63,659 nt of DNA, filler included, from Trichomonas gallinae (GCA_008369845.1; 11 parts of 11 records of this genome joined end to end with filler, not necessarily neighbours in it), one strand, 5' to 3'; positions 33,056-44,270 are shown, counted from the whole stretch's first letter. Program-made: numbers and translations. The notes: generated from the sequence alone by a model not told the origin.

Positions 33056-36055
33056 ATGTCATCACAGCTTTTTCATGTCTACAAAGACGGTGCTGTCTTT
33101 TGTTCGAGAGATAGTGGCTATTTCATTGATCAGACGTCTGAAGAGATGATGCAGAACCTAAAAATAGCAGATTCGATTTTGTCAATTCAATCTGGAAACG
33201 CGATTATACCATTAAAATCAACTGACAAGCCGCTAAAGCTATATCCATCATTAATGACTACACCAGATCCGAAATCTAACAAAGAAATACAGACATTGAT
33301 AATAGAACCTTTAGATTTTCAAGGTAAAATATCGTTTAATTTTGAGTGTAAGCATAAATATGCAGATAAAATACCGAATTTTCTTGTGAAATTCGACTAT
33401 AATCAGCTTTCGAAAATAAATTTTAATGAATTTTTGCAAACTGTTTCGGAACAGTTCGATTTACCGCATAAAGACGGACAATTGCTAATGGGTGATCAAA
33501 AGATCGATTCAACAATGGAAATAAGCAAAATAATCGAATATTGTTATCACAAACCGCTTGTTTACTCATGTACACTAGAAGAAAAGGGCCAATACATTAT
33601 AAGAATGAGAAAGAAACTAGTTTCAGAAATAATCTCCTCGGAAATGGTATATATCAATGATATCAATACTTTAATGAATTTCTTCCGTCCACAGTTAACA
33701 AATTCCGGTCTTTTAGGCAAAGATCAGCTTGAAATGATGTTCAATGACATTCCAACAATGATTTCTTGTCATGTTCATTTTCTCGCTTCTTTGCAAAAGA
33801 AAGGCACGGATTTCGACGCAATTATCTCTGACTGTCTGATTGAATTTTCGCGATTTTTCAAGCTATCTGCAAATTATGTAGGTCATTATCAAGAAATCAA
33901 CAAAGCAGCAACTAAATTACCTAAAATGTTCCAGGAAGACTTAATAAAGAAGTGTCCACTCAACGAAAGCGGCAGAGACCTTACAAGTTACTTAATTACG
34001 CCAATTCAAAGATATCCTCGTTATATCCTATTCATTCGTGAATTAATTAAGTTCACTCCCAAGTGTCATCCTGATGCTGCTGGTCTGCAGATCGCACAGC
34101 TAAAAATCGACTTAATCACAAAAGAAATTGAAGAACAAAGGGATAAAAACCTTCATAATAAGTCAATTATAGCAATACAAGAAAAGGTTGATTCAAGTAT
34201 TAAGATATTGGCCCCTGCAAGAGATTTAATTAAGAAATATAAAATCACAATTCCAGAATTTCCAAAACAGAAGGCAAGAATATATCATTTTACAGATGTA
34301 GAACTTATATGTGTCGCAAAAAGCGCAAAATCATATCAAGTTTTGATATTCGAGAAAAATTTGCGCTTAAGATATGATTCTAACTACACAACTGACTCAA
34401 TTCTGTTCTTTAAAAAGACAAGCAGGACTATTCAAACAGTGTTTGCATCAATAGAAGATAAAATTGATTTTTTACAAAATATTGCACAGCAAAGATCAAT
34501 TTTCTTCGATAAATTACCTAATAAATCCAAAACAATCCTTTGGTCTGATGTTCCTATCACTCAAGAATCCCCGCATGTCATTAATCCGCAAGGCGCAATA
34601 ATAAATGAAAATATTTACTTCATGGGAGGCTTCATTCAGAGCATCAACATCAAAGATAAAATGCCCATGGTCATCTATAACGTGAACACAAACACATTCA
34701 GTACAAACACTGTTCTTTCCCTTCCTTTTGGATATTCATCTTTTATATCTGATGAAAACATGAAATTGATTTTATTCGGTGGCACAGTGAAAGACTCGAT
34801 AAGACCTTCCAACACTGTGTTCACTCTGCAGCTTGGCAATATGTCGTGGGAAAAAATCGAAAATAGTTCGATTTCTCCCAGAACACATCATTCTGCAATT
34901 TTCTATAAAGACTCGATGATAATTTTTGGCGGAATGAATGAAAAATGTGAGGCAATCAATGAATGTTTAATATTCAAAGATAACCAGTTGAATTATTTAA
35001 ATACAAAAGGAGAACCACCAAAACAGAGATATTTGCATTCAGTTTCACTCTTCGGTAAATATATGATTGTTCACGGAGGAACAAATGGAAAAATTTCTTT
35101 CTCGGACATATGGGCTTTAGACTTAGAAGACTATTCATGGAATCAACTGAAAATTAATCAACAGCTTCAAAGAAGAAATGGCCACAAAACATTTGTATCA
35201 GGAAAATATTTGTTCATTGTTGGTGGTTGTAACAACACTGAAATGACTTTTGAAACAACTGCAGTTGATCTCACAACAGGTGATGTTTTCAAATTTGAAA
35301 ATGAAGGAAACTTCCAAAGAATTGCTCATTTCGCTCTTGCTGTTTCTAACACGAAAGTCTACATTTTCGGTGGAAGAGATAATGAATCGAAAAACATCAG
35401 ATCGTCTTTATCTATTTTTACAATTCCTGAATCTTTTTATCAAAATTCAACTGAACAAAATTACGACATCAAGAAGATATTTATTATTAAGGATTCTCCG
35501 ATATTGGTTAATTTGAAAAAGAATGATATATTTATTCAAAGTTCGCTATCAACAATAATAACACCTCAAACAAGAGCCCAAATATTAATATCAGCAAAAT
35601 CACATGTTAAAGAAGCTTCTGTTTCCAATGAAGATAAAGATTCCATAATCAAAAGGTTGTGCAAAGAATTGCAAATTGATTTTAGCGGACTTCAAACATT
35701 CAGACAAAACATGATTATTAAGAATTTACTATATCTGCATGACTTGAGAATAGAAAACCAACAACTTAAAAGTAAAATTGAAATTAAAAAGAAAGAAAAG
35801 GAACTCGCAGAAAAAGCTTTTGCTAAGATAGGAACAAAAATCGCGATTTTCGACACTAAAACGAAAGTATCTAAAATTGTGAATATGACTGTAGACTTAC
35901 ATTACAAAGACCTTATAGAACTGATCGACATGATCATTGGAAGACAGTCGGTCTCTGTTCAAATTCGGCTGAAAGGGAAACTTGTTTCATTGAATAATGA
36001 TACTTTTTATTCAGCGATTTTGAAATCGAATATAATGAAGATTGTTGTTAACTAA
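33056..36055 (+). CDS. RhoGEF (DH, PH-like) + Kelch-repeat protein
   Basis: DH motifs RKKLVSEIISSEMVYINDI and LTSYLITPIQRYPRYILFIRELIKFTPKCHPD. Kelch blades LILFGG, PRTHHSA...MIIFGG, RYLHSV...MIVHGG, RRNGHK...LFIVGG. Confidence 0.92.
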   Translation: MSSQLFHVYKDGAVFCSRDSGYFIDQTSEEMMQNLKIADSILSIQSGNAIIPLKSTDKPLKLYPSLMTTPDPKSNKEIQTLIIEPLDFQGKISFNFECKHKYADKIPNFLVKFDYNQLSKINFNEFLQTVSEQFDLPHKDGQLLMGDQKIDSTMEISKIIEYCYHKPLVYSCTLEEKGQYIIRMRKKLVSEIISSEMVYINDINTLMNFFRPQLTNSGLLGKDQLEMMFNDIPTMISCHVHFLASLQKKGTDFDAIISDCLIEFSRFFKLSANYVGHYQEINKAATKLPKMFQEDLIKKCPLNESGRDLTSYLITPIQRYPRYILFIRELIKFTPKCHPDAAGLQIAQLKIDLITKEIEEQRDKNLHNKSIIAIQEKVDSSIKILAPARDLIKKYKITIPEFPKQKARIYHFTDVELICVAKSAKSYQVLIFEKNLRLRYDSNYTTDSILFFKKTSRTIQTVFASIEDKIDFLQNIAQQRSIFFDKLPNKSKTILWSDVPITQESPHVINPQGAIINENIYFMGGFIQSINIKDKMPMVIYNVNTNTFSTNTVLSLPFGYSSFISDENMKLILFGGTVKDSIRPSNTVFTLQLGNMSWEKIENSSISPRTHHSAIFYKDSMIIFGGMNEKCEAINECLIFKDNQLNYLNTKGEPPKQRYLHSVSLFGKYMIVHGGTNGKISFSDIWALDLEDYSWNQLKINQQLQRRNGHKTFVSGKYLFIVGGCNNTEMTFETTAVDLTTGDVFKFENEGNFQRIAHFALAVSNTKVYIFGGRDNESKNIRSSLSIFTIPESFYQNSTEQNYDIKKIFIIKDSPILVNLKKNDIFIQSSLSTIITPQTRAQILISAKSHVKEASVSNEDKDSIIKRLCKELQIDFSGLQTFRQNMIIKNLLYLHDLRIENQQLKSKIEIKKKEKELAEKAFAKIGTKIAIFDTKTKVSKIVNMTVDLHYKDLIELIDMIIGRQSVSVQIRLKGKLVSLNNDTFYSAILKSNIMKIVVN

Positions 36056-36787
36056 ATAATATTAATATTAATTTGAATTTACATGATAATTTCGATTCAA
36101 AAACAAAAAAAAGCTAAGCTGCAATTAATTTGTTGATATACATAGAAAGAGTGTCTTATTAAGAATTGTTGTGATGTATCTCAAATCTGCATATTTCTAA
36201 AATTATGCTATAACATAGAAATCCCCCTTTACAGATAATAATAATATCCCACACTGATCAAAATATTTAATTCATATGCTTCAGTTCAGTCATATAATTT
36301 GTTTGTTAAATGTTTTTTGTAAAATTTGTTTTGTAGTTTCATGATTTTTTGAATTTTAACAATAAATATTGGTAATTTGGAGCACACTAAACATATTATG
36401 ATAATAAAAAATTTACGACTCAACAATTATATTTAAAGGATTGTGATTTTTGTGTATAATCTAAATGCTTAAATAACACGTCAATATGATCATTTAATAT
36501 TCATAATTATGCTATAATTTATCAATTGTATTTTTGAGAAGTTTATGACGTTGCGGAAATTTTTGAATATTGAAAAATCAGAAGTTTTTGAACGAATCTT
36601 GACTTTTCTAGATTAGATATATGAATGCGCAGAGAACAATAAAATGGGTTTGCCGATAAATACAGGTTTTTGATAATACCTTAATAATTCTATATTATTA
36701 ATGTGTAGATTATGAATAAAATATAAGATATATAATTTTTTAATTCAAAAATCTCAAAAATTGAATAATTAATCAACTGCAAAAAAC

Positions 36788-37660
36788 ATGAAAACAAGAC
36801 TCGCCCTTGCAATCATAAATGGATGCATGAGAGTGGAAAAGTATTCACTTGAGGAAAAGTTCGCACCACACACTGAAAAATGCCTGAAAGTTGACAAAGG
36901 TATTTTATGGGGAGTAAATAATATGTCCGAGTTCGAGATAACTTTAATGATGTATGACTATGATGAAAAAGATTACGTAGAAGAAATTAAGGTCAACGAA
37001 AGTCAATTGGGTGCTTTTAGCGATTATCCAATATATCTAAAAGTAAAGTACAATGGTGATAAAGAAACATATTTTGGATTCCCCATAAACATACATACTT
37101 ATTACTGTACAAGCAAAAATTGTAGTAATATAGCCAGTAAAACAGTCAATTATTCATCTGTGGCCTATTTACAGCCTTACTATGCGAAGCACCCTTACAC
37201 ATTAAATATAACCACTAATGAAAGCAGCAAAATATATCACAACCCATATTTTAATTCAAATACAGGAAGATCATATTCTGGCCCCGTCGAATTTAGATGT
37301 GTTGAAAATTGCACTTACACTAATTTCAGTTTTGTAGACATAACATGTGATAATAATTCATGTTTAGAAATTCCAAGCGGCATGATCGAACCAATTGAAA
37401 ACAAGAGTATAATTCTGACAAAGGATAGCAATTTTAAGGATCCTATGAATATCAAAGTAAGAAAAAGTAGTTATCATCCATACACCCCTTATGGTGATGG
37501 TGGTGGTGGTGGTTACTTGGAACTTCTTTTACGAGCTCCATTATATCCCATTGCATTTTTATTATTTATTTTAGGCATTTGTTGTTCATGTTTTGCATGT
37601 ACTTATTGTTGTGCATCATGCAAAGAAAGAAAACTGCGTTCAAGAGGTTTAATTGATTAA
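36788..37660 (+). CDS. hypothetical single-pass membrane protein with juxtamembrane Cys cluster
   Basis: Gly linker, TM (PLYPIAFLLFILGI), CCSCFACTYCCASC (candidate palmitoylation sites), then a basic tail. Confidence 0.8.
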   Translation: MKTRLALAIINGCMRVEKYSLEEKFAPHTEKCLKVDKGILWGVNNMSEFEITLMMYDYDEKDYVEEIKVNESQLGAFSDYPIYLKVKYNGDKETYFGFPINIHTYYCTSKNCSNIASKTVNYSSVAYLQPYYAKHPYTLNITTNESSKIYHNPYFNSNTGRSYSGPVEFRCVENCTYTNFSFVDITCDNNSCLEIPSGMIEPIENKSIILTKDSNFKDPMNIKVRKSSYHPYTPYGDGGGGGYLELLLRAPLYPIAFLLFILGICCSCFACTYCCASCKERKLRSRGLID

Positions 37661-37847
37661 ATATATTTCTTTCATAACAAAAAATTAATATTTATTTGAT
37701 ACTGTTTTGCGTATCAAATAGCCGAAAAATAAAGTGTCAGATTTTAGGCAATGAAAAATAGTCAAGAAAACGATAACAAAAAATGAAATATCTTGTAAAT
37801 TTTGAAATTGACACATAAAGAATAATATGTCATAAAGTGTTATTGCA

Positions 37848-38168
37848 GGGGTGAACATTCAATTATAAATATTAAAAGTTAATAATGATAATTACTGATT
37901 TAGAATAGAAAACATTACTATTCGATCCTTTGTGGCGCAGCTACATCGGGTGGCACAGTGCCATCTGAAGTCGTCAATGAGTAACTTTCGAGGTTCTTTA
38001 AAACTTCACTCGATGCTGTAGTTATTGATTGGAATGGAACTGTGTTCATTGACGCATAGTTCCATTCCAATCAATATCTGCAGCATTGAGTGGATATCCC
38101 GCACCAAAGTGCGAAATTAATTATCTGATTGACGCCTTTGGTGCGAACTGATTCAATGGATTCACCCC
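37848..38168 (+). ncRNA. candidate structured non-coding RNA (alternatively a hAT-derived foldback element)
   Basis: Closing GGGGTGAA/TTCACCCC; hairpins at 37946-37968, 38005-38094 and 38100-38145. Nearly all arm differences are G-U compatible on the + strand. Confidence 0.55.
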
Positions 38169-38341
38169 CCCCCCCATTAAATATTTTTGACATTTTCCAA
38201 CTTTACATTTAACCTTTCCATTTGTCACTTTTGAAAAATCTGATAATCTGACATTTTACTTTTTGGCTATTTAACACGCAAAACAATATAAATCATTTTA
38301 ATAATATTTTGAGTTTATTATGTCATTTCACAGTAAAATAT

Positions 38342-38418
38342 CAAGGCTCGTGCCATGGCGGATTTATTCCGCCAACACACGAGCAAAAAAAATGCACGAT
38401 TTTTTCATTTCGCCATAA
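38342..38418 (+). mobile_element. probable transposon end at contig edge (CAAGGCTCG..., internal hairpin)
   Basis: hAT-like CARGG start; GCTCGTG/CACGAGC and GGCGGA/TCCGCC inverted repeats; runs into the gap. Confidence 0.35.
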
Positions 38419-38518
38419 NNNNNNNNNNNNNNNNNNNNNNNNNNNNNNNNNNNNNNNNNNNNTTAATTAATTAANNNNNNNNNNNNNNNNNNNNNNNNNN
38501 NNNNNNNNNNNNNNNNNN

Positions 38519-38597
38519 ATTCCGTCTCGCCTTTAGCACGCTGAATAAAATTGCGCATTTCGTTCGCTACTAAAAAGTGAGAATTCGCACAACCCTA
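38519..38597 (-). mobile_element. probable hAT-type transposon end at contig edge
   Basis: The reverse complement begins TAGGGTTGTGCGAATT. GC-richer than the flank, with repeated GCGAA motifs, and abuts the gap. Confidence 0.5.
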
Positions 38598-39328
38598 TTT
38601 ATATTTTTTCCCTCATAATAATTACACAAAATAAATGACGAAACTGACAATTCATGTTATTAATAAGCATTCTGTACCTGTTTGTGCTTATTAATGTAAA
38701 GAGCATGAGTCTCAAATCAGTTGTAACAGGTCTAAAGACGAAGTTCAACTTATTGGAATTCGAAAACATGCCAACGTATGTCACTAAACATTAATCATTT
38801 ATTGATTTAGCACAAATTTGTGCTTTGAAAAATTTGCATTTTGCAATTTGAGTTTTTTTTTTTGTGAATTTGGAATATGAACACCATCATATTTATCAAG
38901 TATAGCATACAAATCTATAGAATGCAACATTTTAAAGAGAATCATTTCCCCGAATAAAATTTTTTTCCATTCAGGAAAAAATGATTGAAAATAACTGATT
39001 TATGACCATTGAAATAATCCCCATAATATGGAGGTTGCAGAAACCGAAGATCATGCAATTTTTATCACTATTCACACTTTCAAAATTAATACTCATGATT
39101 TTAGTATATAATAAAGGTTCATTTACATGATGTATCTAAAACAGCAGTATTTCTTTGGTTTTCTAACCAACCAATAAATGATTAATAAAGAATCTGATTT
39201 TTTTTTGATGTTTTCCAGAACACTTAGATGAATTAAGTGTTTTCATCGGCAATGCATCAACTTCATATTGAATGCATCGATGTGATATGTTTCATATAAT
39301 AGGATTGTTATAATTTCAAATAATCATA

Positions 39329-40153
39329 TTAGGTGATTTGTTTTTTGTGTTTGCAATTGCGTGAGTGTTTTTTGCGGCTTGGATTAGCAATAGATACTGT
39401 TGCATTCTTGATATTCCGAATTTTACAATTATAATCTAAACAATGGCAAAGGCCAGGGCAATTTATCATTCTAAGTTTATGCCCAGCATGGCAATTTTCT
39501 GCACAAGCTTTGCAAATGTATTCATTTGGTTTCATTTTGCATGTTTCGCAGATAAATAAAGGCTGTAAAAATATTTGATTTTCGGTTATGTGCCTTGAGC
39601 AAAAATCTATAAATGTTCCAATGAGAATGAAAACAGAGCAGATCAGTGGATTTTCAGGTTTTTGATTAATTATCGAAAATTCTGTCGCAAGACCAGAATA
39701 TTCATTGCATTCAAGAGATTCATCAGTTGTAAATTCGTAATTATTATGATATACATTGGAATCTTGATTTTTTATTGTTAATTCGATTTGATGTTTGTAA
39801 TTTCCTTCTAATTTCATGATTATCTGTGTGATATATGAATTTGGTGGTAATTTAAACTTTATCTTATCGCCTCGAGACCAGATTTCAGGATTTAAAATTA
39901 ATTGCGGATTTAGGAAGTATTGTGGATTAGTTGAGCCTTCAATTTCGAGTAGTGGCTGCAATATTGTTGGATACATAGATGGCATTGACTCAATATTGTC
40001 AAAACCCTCAATATCGTTAAAAAGGAAATTCCGATTTCTCAAGGAGCAAGAATAGCATTGACCTTTTGGGCATTTCTGATTCTGTATCCCACATGCTTGA
40101 TTGTAGCAGTAGTAATTAGGCTCATAAACTTGGCTCCATTGATTTTCATACAT
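39329..40153 (-). CDS. protein with C-terminal UBR-box-type zinc finger
   Basis: CS...QPLFICETC...ICKACAENCHAGHKL...GLCHC matches the UBR-box pattern. First ATG (MYENQW) at 40153. Confidence 0.8.
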   Translation of the reverse strand: MYENQWSQVYEPNYYCYNQACGIQNQKCPKGQCYSCSLRNRNFLFNDIEGFDNIESMPSMYPTILQPLLEIEGSTNPQYFLNPQLILNPEIWSRGDKIKFKLPPNSYITQIIMKLEGNYKHQIELTIKNQDSNVYHNNYEFTTDESLECNEYSGLATEFSIINQKPENPLICSVFILIGTFIDFCSRHITENQIFLQPLFICETCKMKPNEYICKACAENCHAGHKLRMINCPGLCHCLDYNCKIRNIKNATVSIANPSRKKHSRNCKHKKQIT

Positions 40154-41125
40154 TTTTTTTGATTTCACTTTTTTCCAAATGAAATGAGATAATTTCAATG
40201 CAGGATTGCACTATACTATAGTTAAAAAGCCCATTTTTCTTGAAATTTTGGTTGTTAATCAAATATTTAATCTTATTGATTATAAAATTATGGTTTAAAT
40301 TCATAAACAACCATCATATAATGTTGTATTCAAACAGATATGACTTATTTTTCTCCAAATCCATTAAAATAAGATAATAATTTATTCGATTTATTTTTTT
40401 CGTTTGTTGATAAAAATAATATTAAAATTATATTCAACTTATTTATCATTTTAAAATTGCTGAATATTAAATGTTGAAGTGCATTGCAATTTGAGAAAAT
40501 CAGAAGAATTTTAACAAAAAGTCGTAAAATTGAAAGCAAAGTCGTAATCTCAAATAATTGCATTAGCTTTTTGTGACTTATTTATACATATATATTTTAT
40601 CCCTATATATTTTTTAATTCAATATTTAATCTAAAATATTGTTTGATGGAGAATAACAATCAATTTTTATTAAGGAATTTAAAAATGAGAAATTCTCGTG
40701 GCTATGGCGATTTGTGATATCACATATCTCATTTGTATCTTCAATCCAATACATTAACTATCCGATCCCCTTAACGCATTATTTACATGTCAGATTTCAT
40801 TATTCATTTCATAGATGGGTGACAGAATTTTTTTAAATATTTTATGACAAATGGGTGCAAGCAAAATCTATTAGAATGCTATAAAATCCATCATTATGGA
40901 CATAGCTACTTAAATAATGAATATGGGGAAAAACAGTCTTAGAGGTGTCAATGAAAAAAGATTTTAGTTGTAAGGAGTTTACAAAAGCAACAAAGAGATT
41001 TATTTGACAAATAAAATGAGATAAAAATTAAAATAATTTATCGCTGCTCCACGTCTAGAGAGATTTCTAGGGATTCCAGAAACAGTTTTCGGAAGCTGTT
41101 CATAAAACTTTGAGTGTACTTTTGA

Positions 41126-42334
41126 ATGGATAAACTCAAAGTTAAAAAAAATATATTTTTTAACGTACGCAATTGTTTTTGGATGCTAACTTTGGTACCC
41201 AGACGCCGAATCCCGGTGACCAAGGAAAGATCACAAAGCATGATAGAAGGCGAGATAACAAAGCAGCCTTCATCACCATTTAACAAAGATCGATTCGTGA
41301 ATTCGGAAAGAAAAACGCCAACATGTTCGCCAAGTCCAGCATACAAATCTCCATCATGCAGCAATTTTAAAGAAAGTCCGATGAAATCGCCAATTAGTAC
41401 ACCGAAAAAACAAAAGAGATATAATGTTATAGATACTACGCTGGATGCTCCAGATATTCTTGATAGAGAGCCGAACCAAATTATTAGCTTTAACGCTAGT
41501 AATCAACTCGGTGTCGCGCTTGGTCAGAATGTTTATATCTGGAGATCAGGTGACGTCGAATATTATATGGAAGCAAGAGACTACATAGATGCCTTATGCT
41601 GGTATAATGACGATACGCTCGTCATTGCCTTTGAAGGACAGGTTGAACTATGGGGAGTCCTCTCAAGGCAAAGGATTAGAAAACTACAGCATCACGAAGG
41701 CAGAGTTAACTGCATCGCGTGCACGAATAATAAGATTGCTACTGCTGGCACGGATAAGCAAATCTATTTATCAGATATTAAAACATATAAAACAGATACG
41801 TTGATTGGACATAAATCCGAGATCATCAGCCTCGCTTGGTCACCCGATGGGGCCATGCTAGCATCAGCTGATACTAGTGGATTACTTTCAATTTGGGCAA
41901 ACAAGAGGAGGAAGAAAATCTCTATCGAATTTGCAATATCTTCGATTACCTGGCTGTCCCAGACAACGATTGCTGTTGCTGGAAGAGATCCTGAAGGAAC
42001 TCTCAAATTAATTAACATCCTCTGCCCAAAGGAAGAGCCAATCCCATGCGTCCAGACAGGACAACCTATTTCATTCATCTCGTGGTGCCCAGTTCGCGGA
42101 ATATTTGTAGCTCATAGAATACTACCCTTCGAAGTTGATTTATACGCCCGCGATTTGAACAAAATCGACACATTCCAGGGACATGACGGTCCCATTATGC
42201 AGGTCATCTGCACTCTTGATGGTTCTTATGCAGCTTCAATCGCAGCAGATGAGAAGATTAAGCTTTGGAACTTTGTGAATATTCCAACATTAGATCGCGC
42301 TCAGTCTGCACAATTTCTCCCTACAGTTCGTTAA
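41126..42334 (+). CDS. Cdc20/Cdh1 (Fizzy-family) APC/C activator-like WD40 protein (start may be ATG 41183)
   Basis: C-box-like DRFV, clustered SP/TP CDK sites, LDAP motif, LGVALGQNVYIW, WD40 repeats (GHKSEIISLAWSPDG, ADEKIKLW) and a C-terminal VR (IR-tail variant). Confidence 0.82.
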   Translation: MDKLKVKKNIFFNVRNCFWMLTLVPRRRIPVTKERSQSMIEGEITKQPSSPFNKDRFVNSERKTPTCSPSPAYKSPSCSNFKESPMKSPISTPKKQKRYNVIDTTLDAPDILDREPNQIISFNASNQLGVALGQNVYIWRSGDVEYYMEARDYIDALCWYNDDTLVIAFEGQVELWGVLSRQRIRKLQHHEGRVNCIACTNNKIATAGTDKQIYLSDIKTYKTDTLIGHKSEIISLAWSPDGAMLASADTSGLLSIWANKRRKKISIEFAISSITWLSQTTIAVAGRDPEGTLKLINILCPKEEPIPCVQTGQPISFISWCPVRGIFVAHRILPFEVDLYARDLNKIDTFQGHDGPIMQVICTLDGSYAASIAADEKIKLWNFVNIPTLDRAQSAQFLPTVR

Positions 42335-42723
42335 ACATGTAAATAAAGTATATTATGTTATATAAGCTTTAATCAATTTAATATACTTTTTTCTGCAGCT
42401 TTCCTCCAAAAGAATCAAATTATCCATTAACAACAATGAAAAATTAACTTTTTCAAAATTAAAATGATATCAACAACAAATCTGGACAATTTCATGACCA
42501 AAGCAATTGAATCTTATTATCTAAATTATAGGCATGATGACATGATAAAAAACTTGATTTTTTAATTTTTGAAAAATATAATCATCAAAATCTTTAGACA
42601 TTTGTACAGTGACTTAGATAGAGAAAATATAATAAATTACGACTATGTTTATCATTAAAAATATTTTCTGCTTTGTAGAGTATTATTTTGGCATATAAAT
42701 TTTATGTAATAATGTAAAGTTAA

Positions 42724-42799
42724 GGGACCGTTCTAACCGTTTTTTGTAAACTTTACAACGGAAAAAATTTTGCATTTTTGCACCTATTTTTGATCAAGA
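42724..42799. mobile_element. Kolobok-type transposon terminus, TTAA target at 42720-42723
   Basis: Exact inverted copy of 1-76; runs into the gap. Confidence 0.7.
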
Positions 42800-42980
42800 N
42801 NNNNNNNNNNNNNNNNNNNNNNNNNNNNNNNNNNNNNNNNNNNTTAATTAATTAANNNNNNNNNNNNNNNNNNNNNNNNNNNNNNNNNNNNNNNNNNNNG
42901 AAAATGTAAGAAAAGAAATTGATAGTCTTTACCAATTACTAAAGAAGAAGAAGAAAAAGGAGTATTAAGCACTCACAAAG

Positions 42981-44270
42981 TTAGGCGTTGTGCAACTGCT
43001 GAACAAAGCCTTTGAATGTGTTGTAGTTGTCCCAGTTGTACATAAGTGTGTCGCACATCCTGAGATATGTGAAGACTTTGAGGCCCTTGGAGACCCAGCC
43101 AATGCAGCGAGAGTAGCTGCCCCAGTCGTAGACTGCAAGAGCATTCTCTCCTTCGAAGTTGAGACCAGCCCATGCAGCATCGTTGAGGATCTGCTGGACA
43201 AGGTATGGAGGATTAGAGCCAGAGCCACCTGCTGTCATCTCGAGGCATGTGAAGCAGACATCGACGTTGTGCTTCTTGAAGACAGACATCATGTCGCGGT
43301 AGCCATCGTAGTCGTAGAAGTTGTTGAATCCCGCTGTAGCTTCTGCGCAGTGGCAGCCTGTCATGTACCACCAGTGGATGCCTGAGATCTTAGCAGAGAG
43401 GTGTGTGCTTGGGAAGATCTCGCGTGCAATTGAGAGGACGCGGTCGCCGTGCTCGTTAAGCTTTGTCGCGTACCACTTGATGTACCATCTGCCGTATGCC
43501 GATGACCAGCCTTGGGATGTGCCGTCGCGCCAGAATTCAGAACCGCCTGGCTGTGTGTTCCAGCCGCCAATGTTGTATGGGTGGTGGCCCCAGTCGGAGT
43601 GGCCTGATGCAATAGCATCCTGCTGGAGAAGCTTTGTGAATTCTGAGTCGTATGCCTGGAACTGGCCACAGCCTGGGTAGCTCCAACCTTTCCAAGCTTG
43701 GTATGATGGATAGCGTAACTCACCACATGCACCAAGGCCGATCTCGAGCTCTGCAATGGCGCCAGAGTCGATCATTGAGCCAAACTGTGTCTTGAATGCA
43801 AGCATCCACTCCTTGTAGCACTGAAGTGGTGTGCGTCCTGATGCTGTGACTGCAATGTTGTCCCATGCAAATGAGATGTACTCTTTGTCGTCTTTGCCAT
43901 CCTGGTCAACGAAGAAGCAGTTCTTTCCGCTGTTGCGGATGAAGTCTGGAAGGTAGATTGAGCAGTCATCGCCAACATTGCCACCACACTGGTGGAATGA
44001 GAAAACTGGGATGATCTTCATGTTGTTGTTCCTGATCAGTTCGAATGCGCGCTGATATCCGTGCCAGTCGTAGTTTCTCTCACTGCGCTCAGTGCGGCCC
44101 CACCAGACATCGATCATGATGCCATCGACACCGGCATCACGGCACCTCTGAAGATAGCCTTCGAACTGGCCTTGGTTGACAAAGTTCTGGTTGTCGTCGA
44201 GGAGGTTGAGCGTCGCCATGACATAGAACTTGGCGCCGCAAATGGCGTGAGAAGCAAACAAACTAAGCAT
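42981..44270 (-). CDS. beta-amylase (glycoside hydrolase family 14), secreted/lysosomal
   Basis: GVDGIMIDVWWG, SFHQCGGNVGD, GLGACGELRYPSY (catalytic E), KISGIHWWY, FTCLEM and GENAL (catalytic E). Short signal peptide and strong C/G-ending codon bias. Confidence 0.97.
   Translation of the reverse strand: MLSLFASHAICGAKFYVMATLNLLDDNQNFVNQGQFEGYLQRCRDAGVDGIMIDVWWGRTERSERNYDWHGYQRAFELIRNNNMKIIPVFSFHQCGGNVGDDCSIYLPDFIRNSGKNCFFVDQDGKDDKEYISFAWDNIAVTASGRTPLQCYKEWMLAFKTQFGSMIDSGAIAELEIGLGACGELRYPSYQAWKGWSYPGCGQFQAYDSEFTKLLQQDAIASGHSDWGHHPYNIGGWNTQPGGSEFWRDGTSQGWSSAYGRWYIKWYATKLNEHGDRVLSIAREIFPSTHLSAKISGIHWWYMTGCHCAEATAGFNNFYDYDGYRDMMSVFKKHNVDVCFTCLEMTAGGSGSNPPYLVQQILNDAAWAGLNFEGENALAVYDWGSYSRCIGWVSKGLKVFTYLRMCDTLMYNWDNYNTFKGFVQQLHNA

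Noticed and set aside
1..42799. A single 42-kb element bounded by inverted repeats
   Set aside because: The termini face outward (TTAA on the inner side) and are separated by two artificial linkers.
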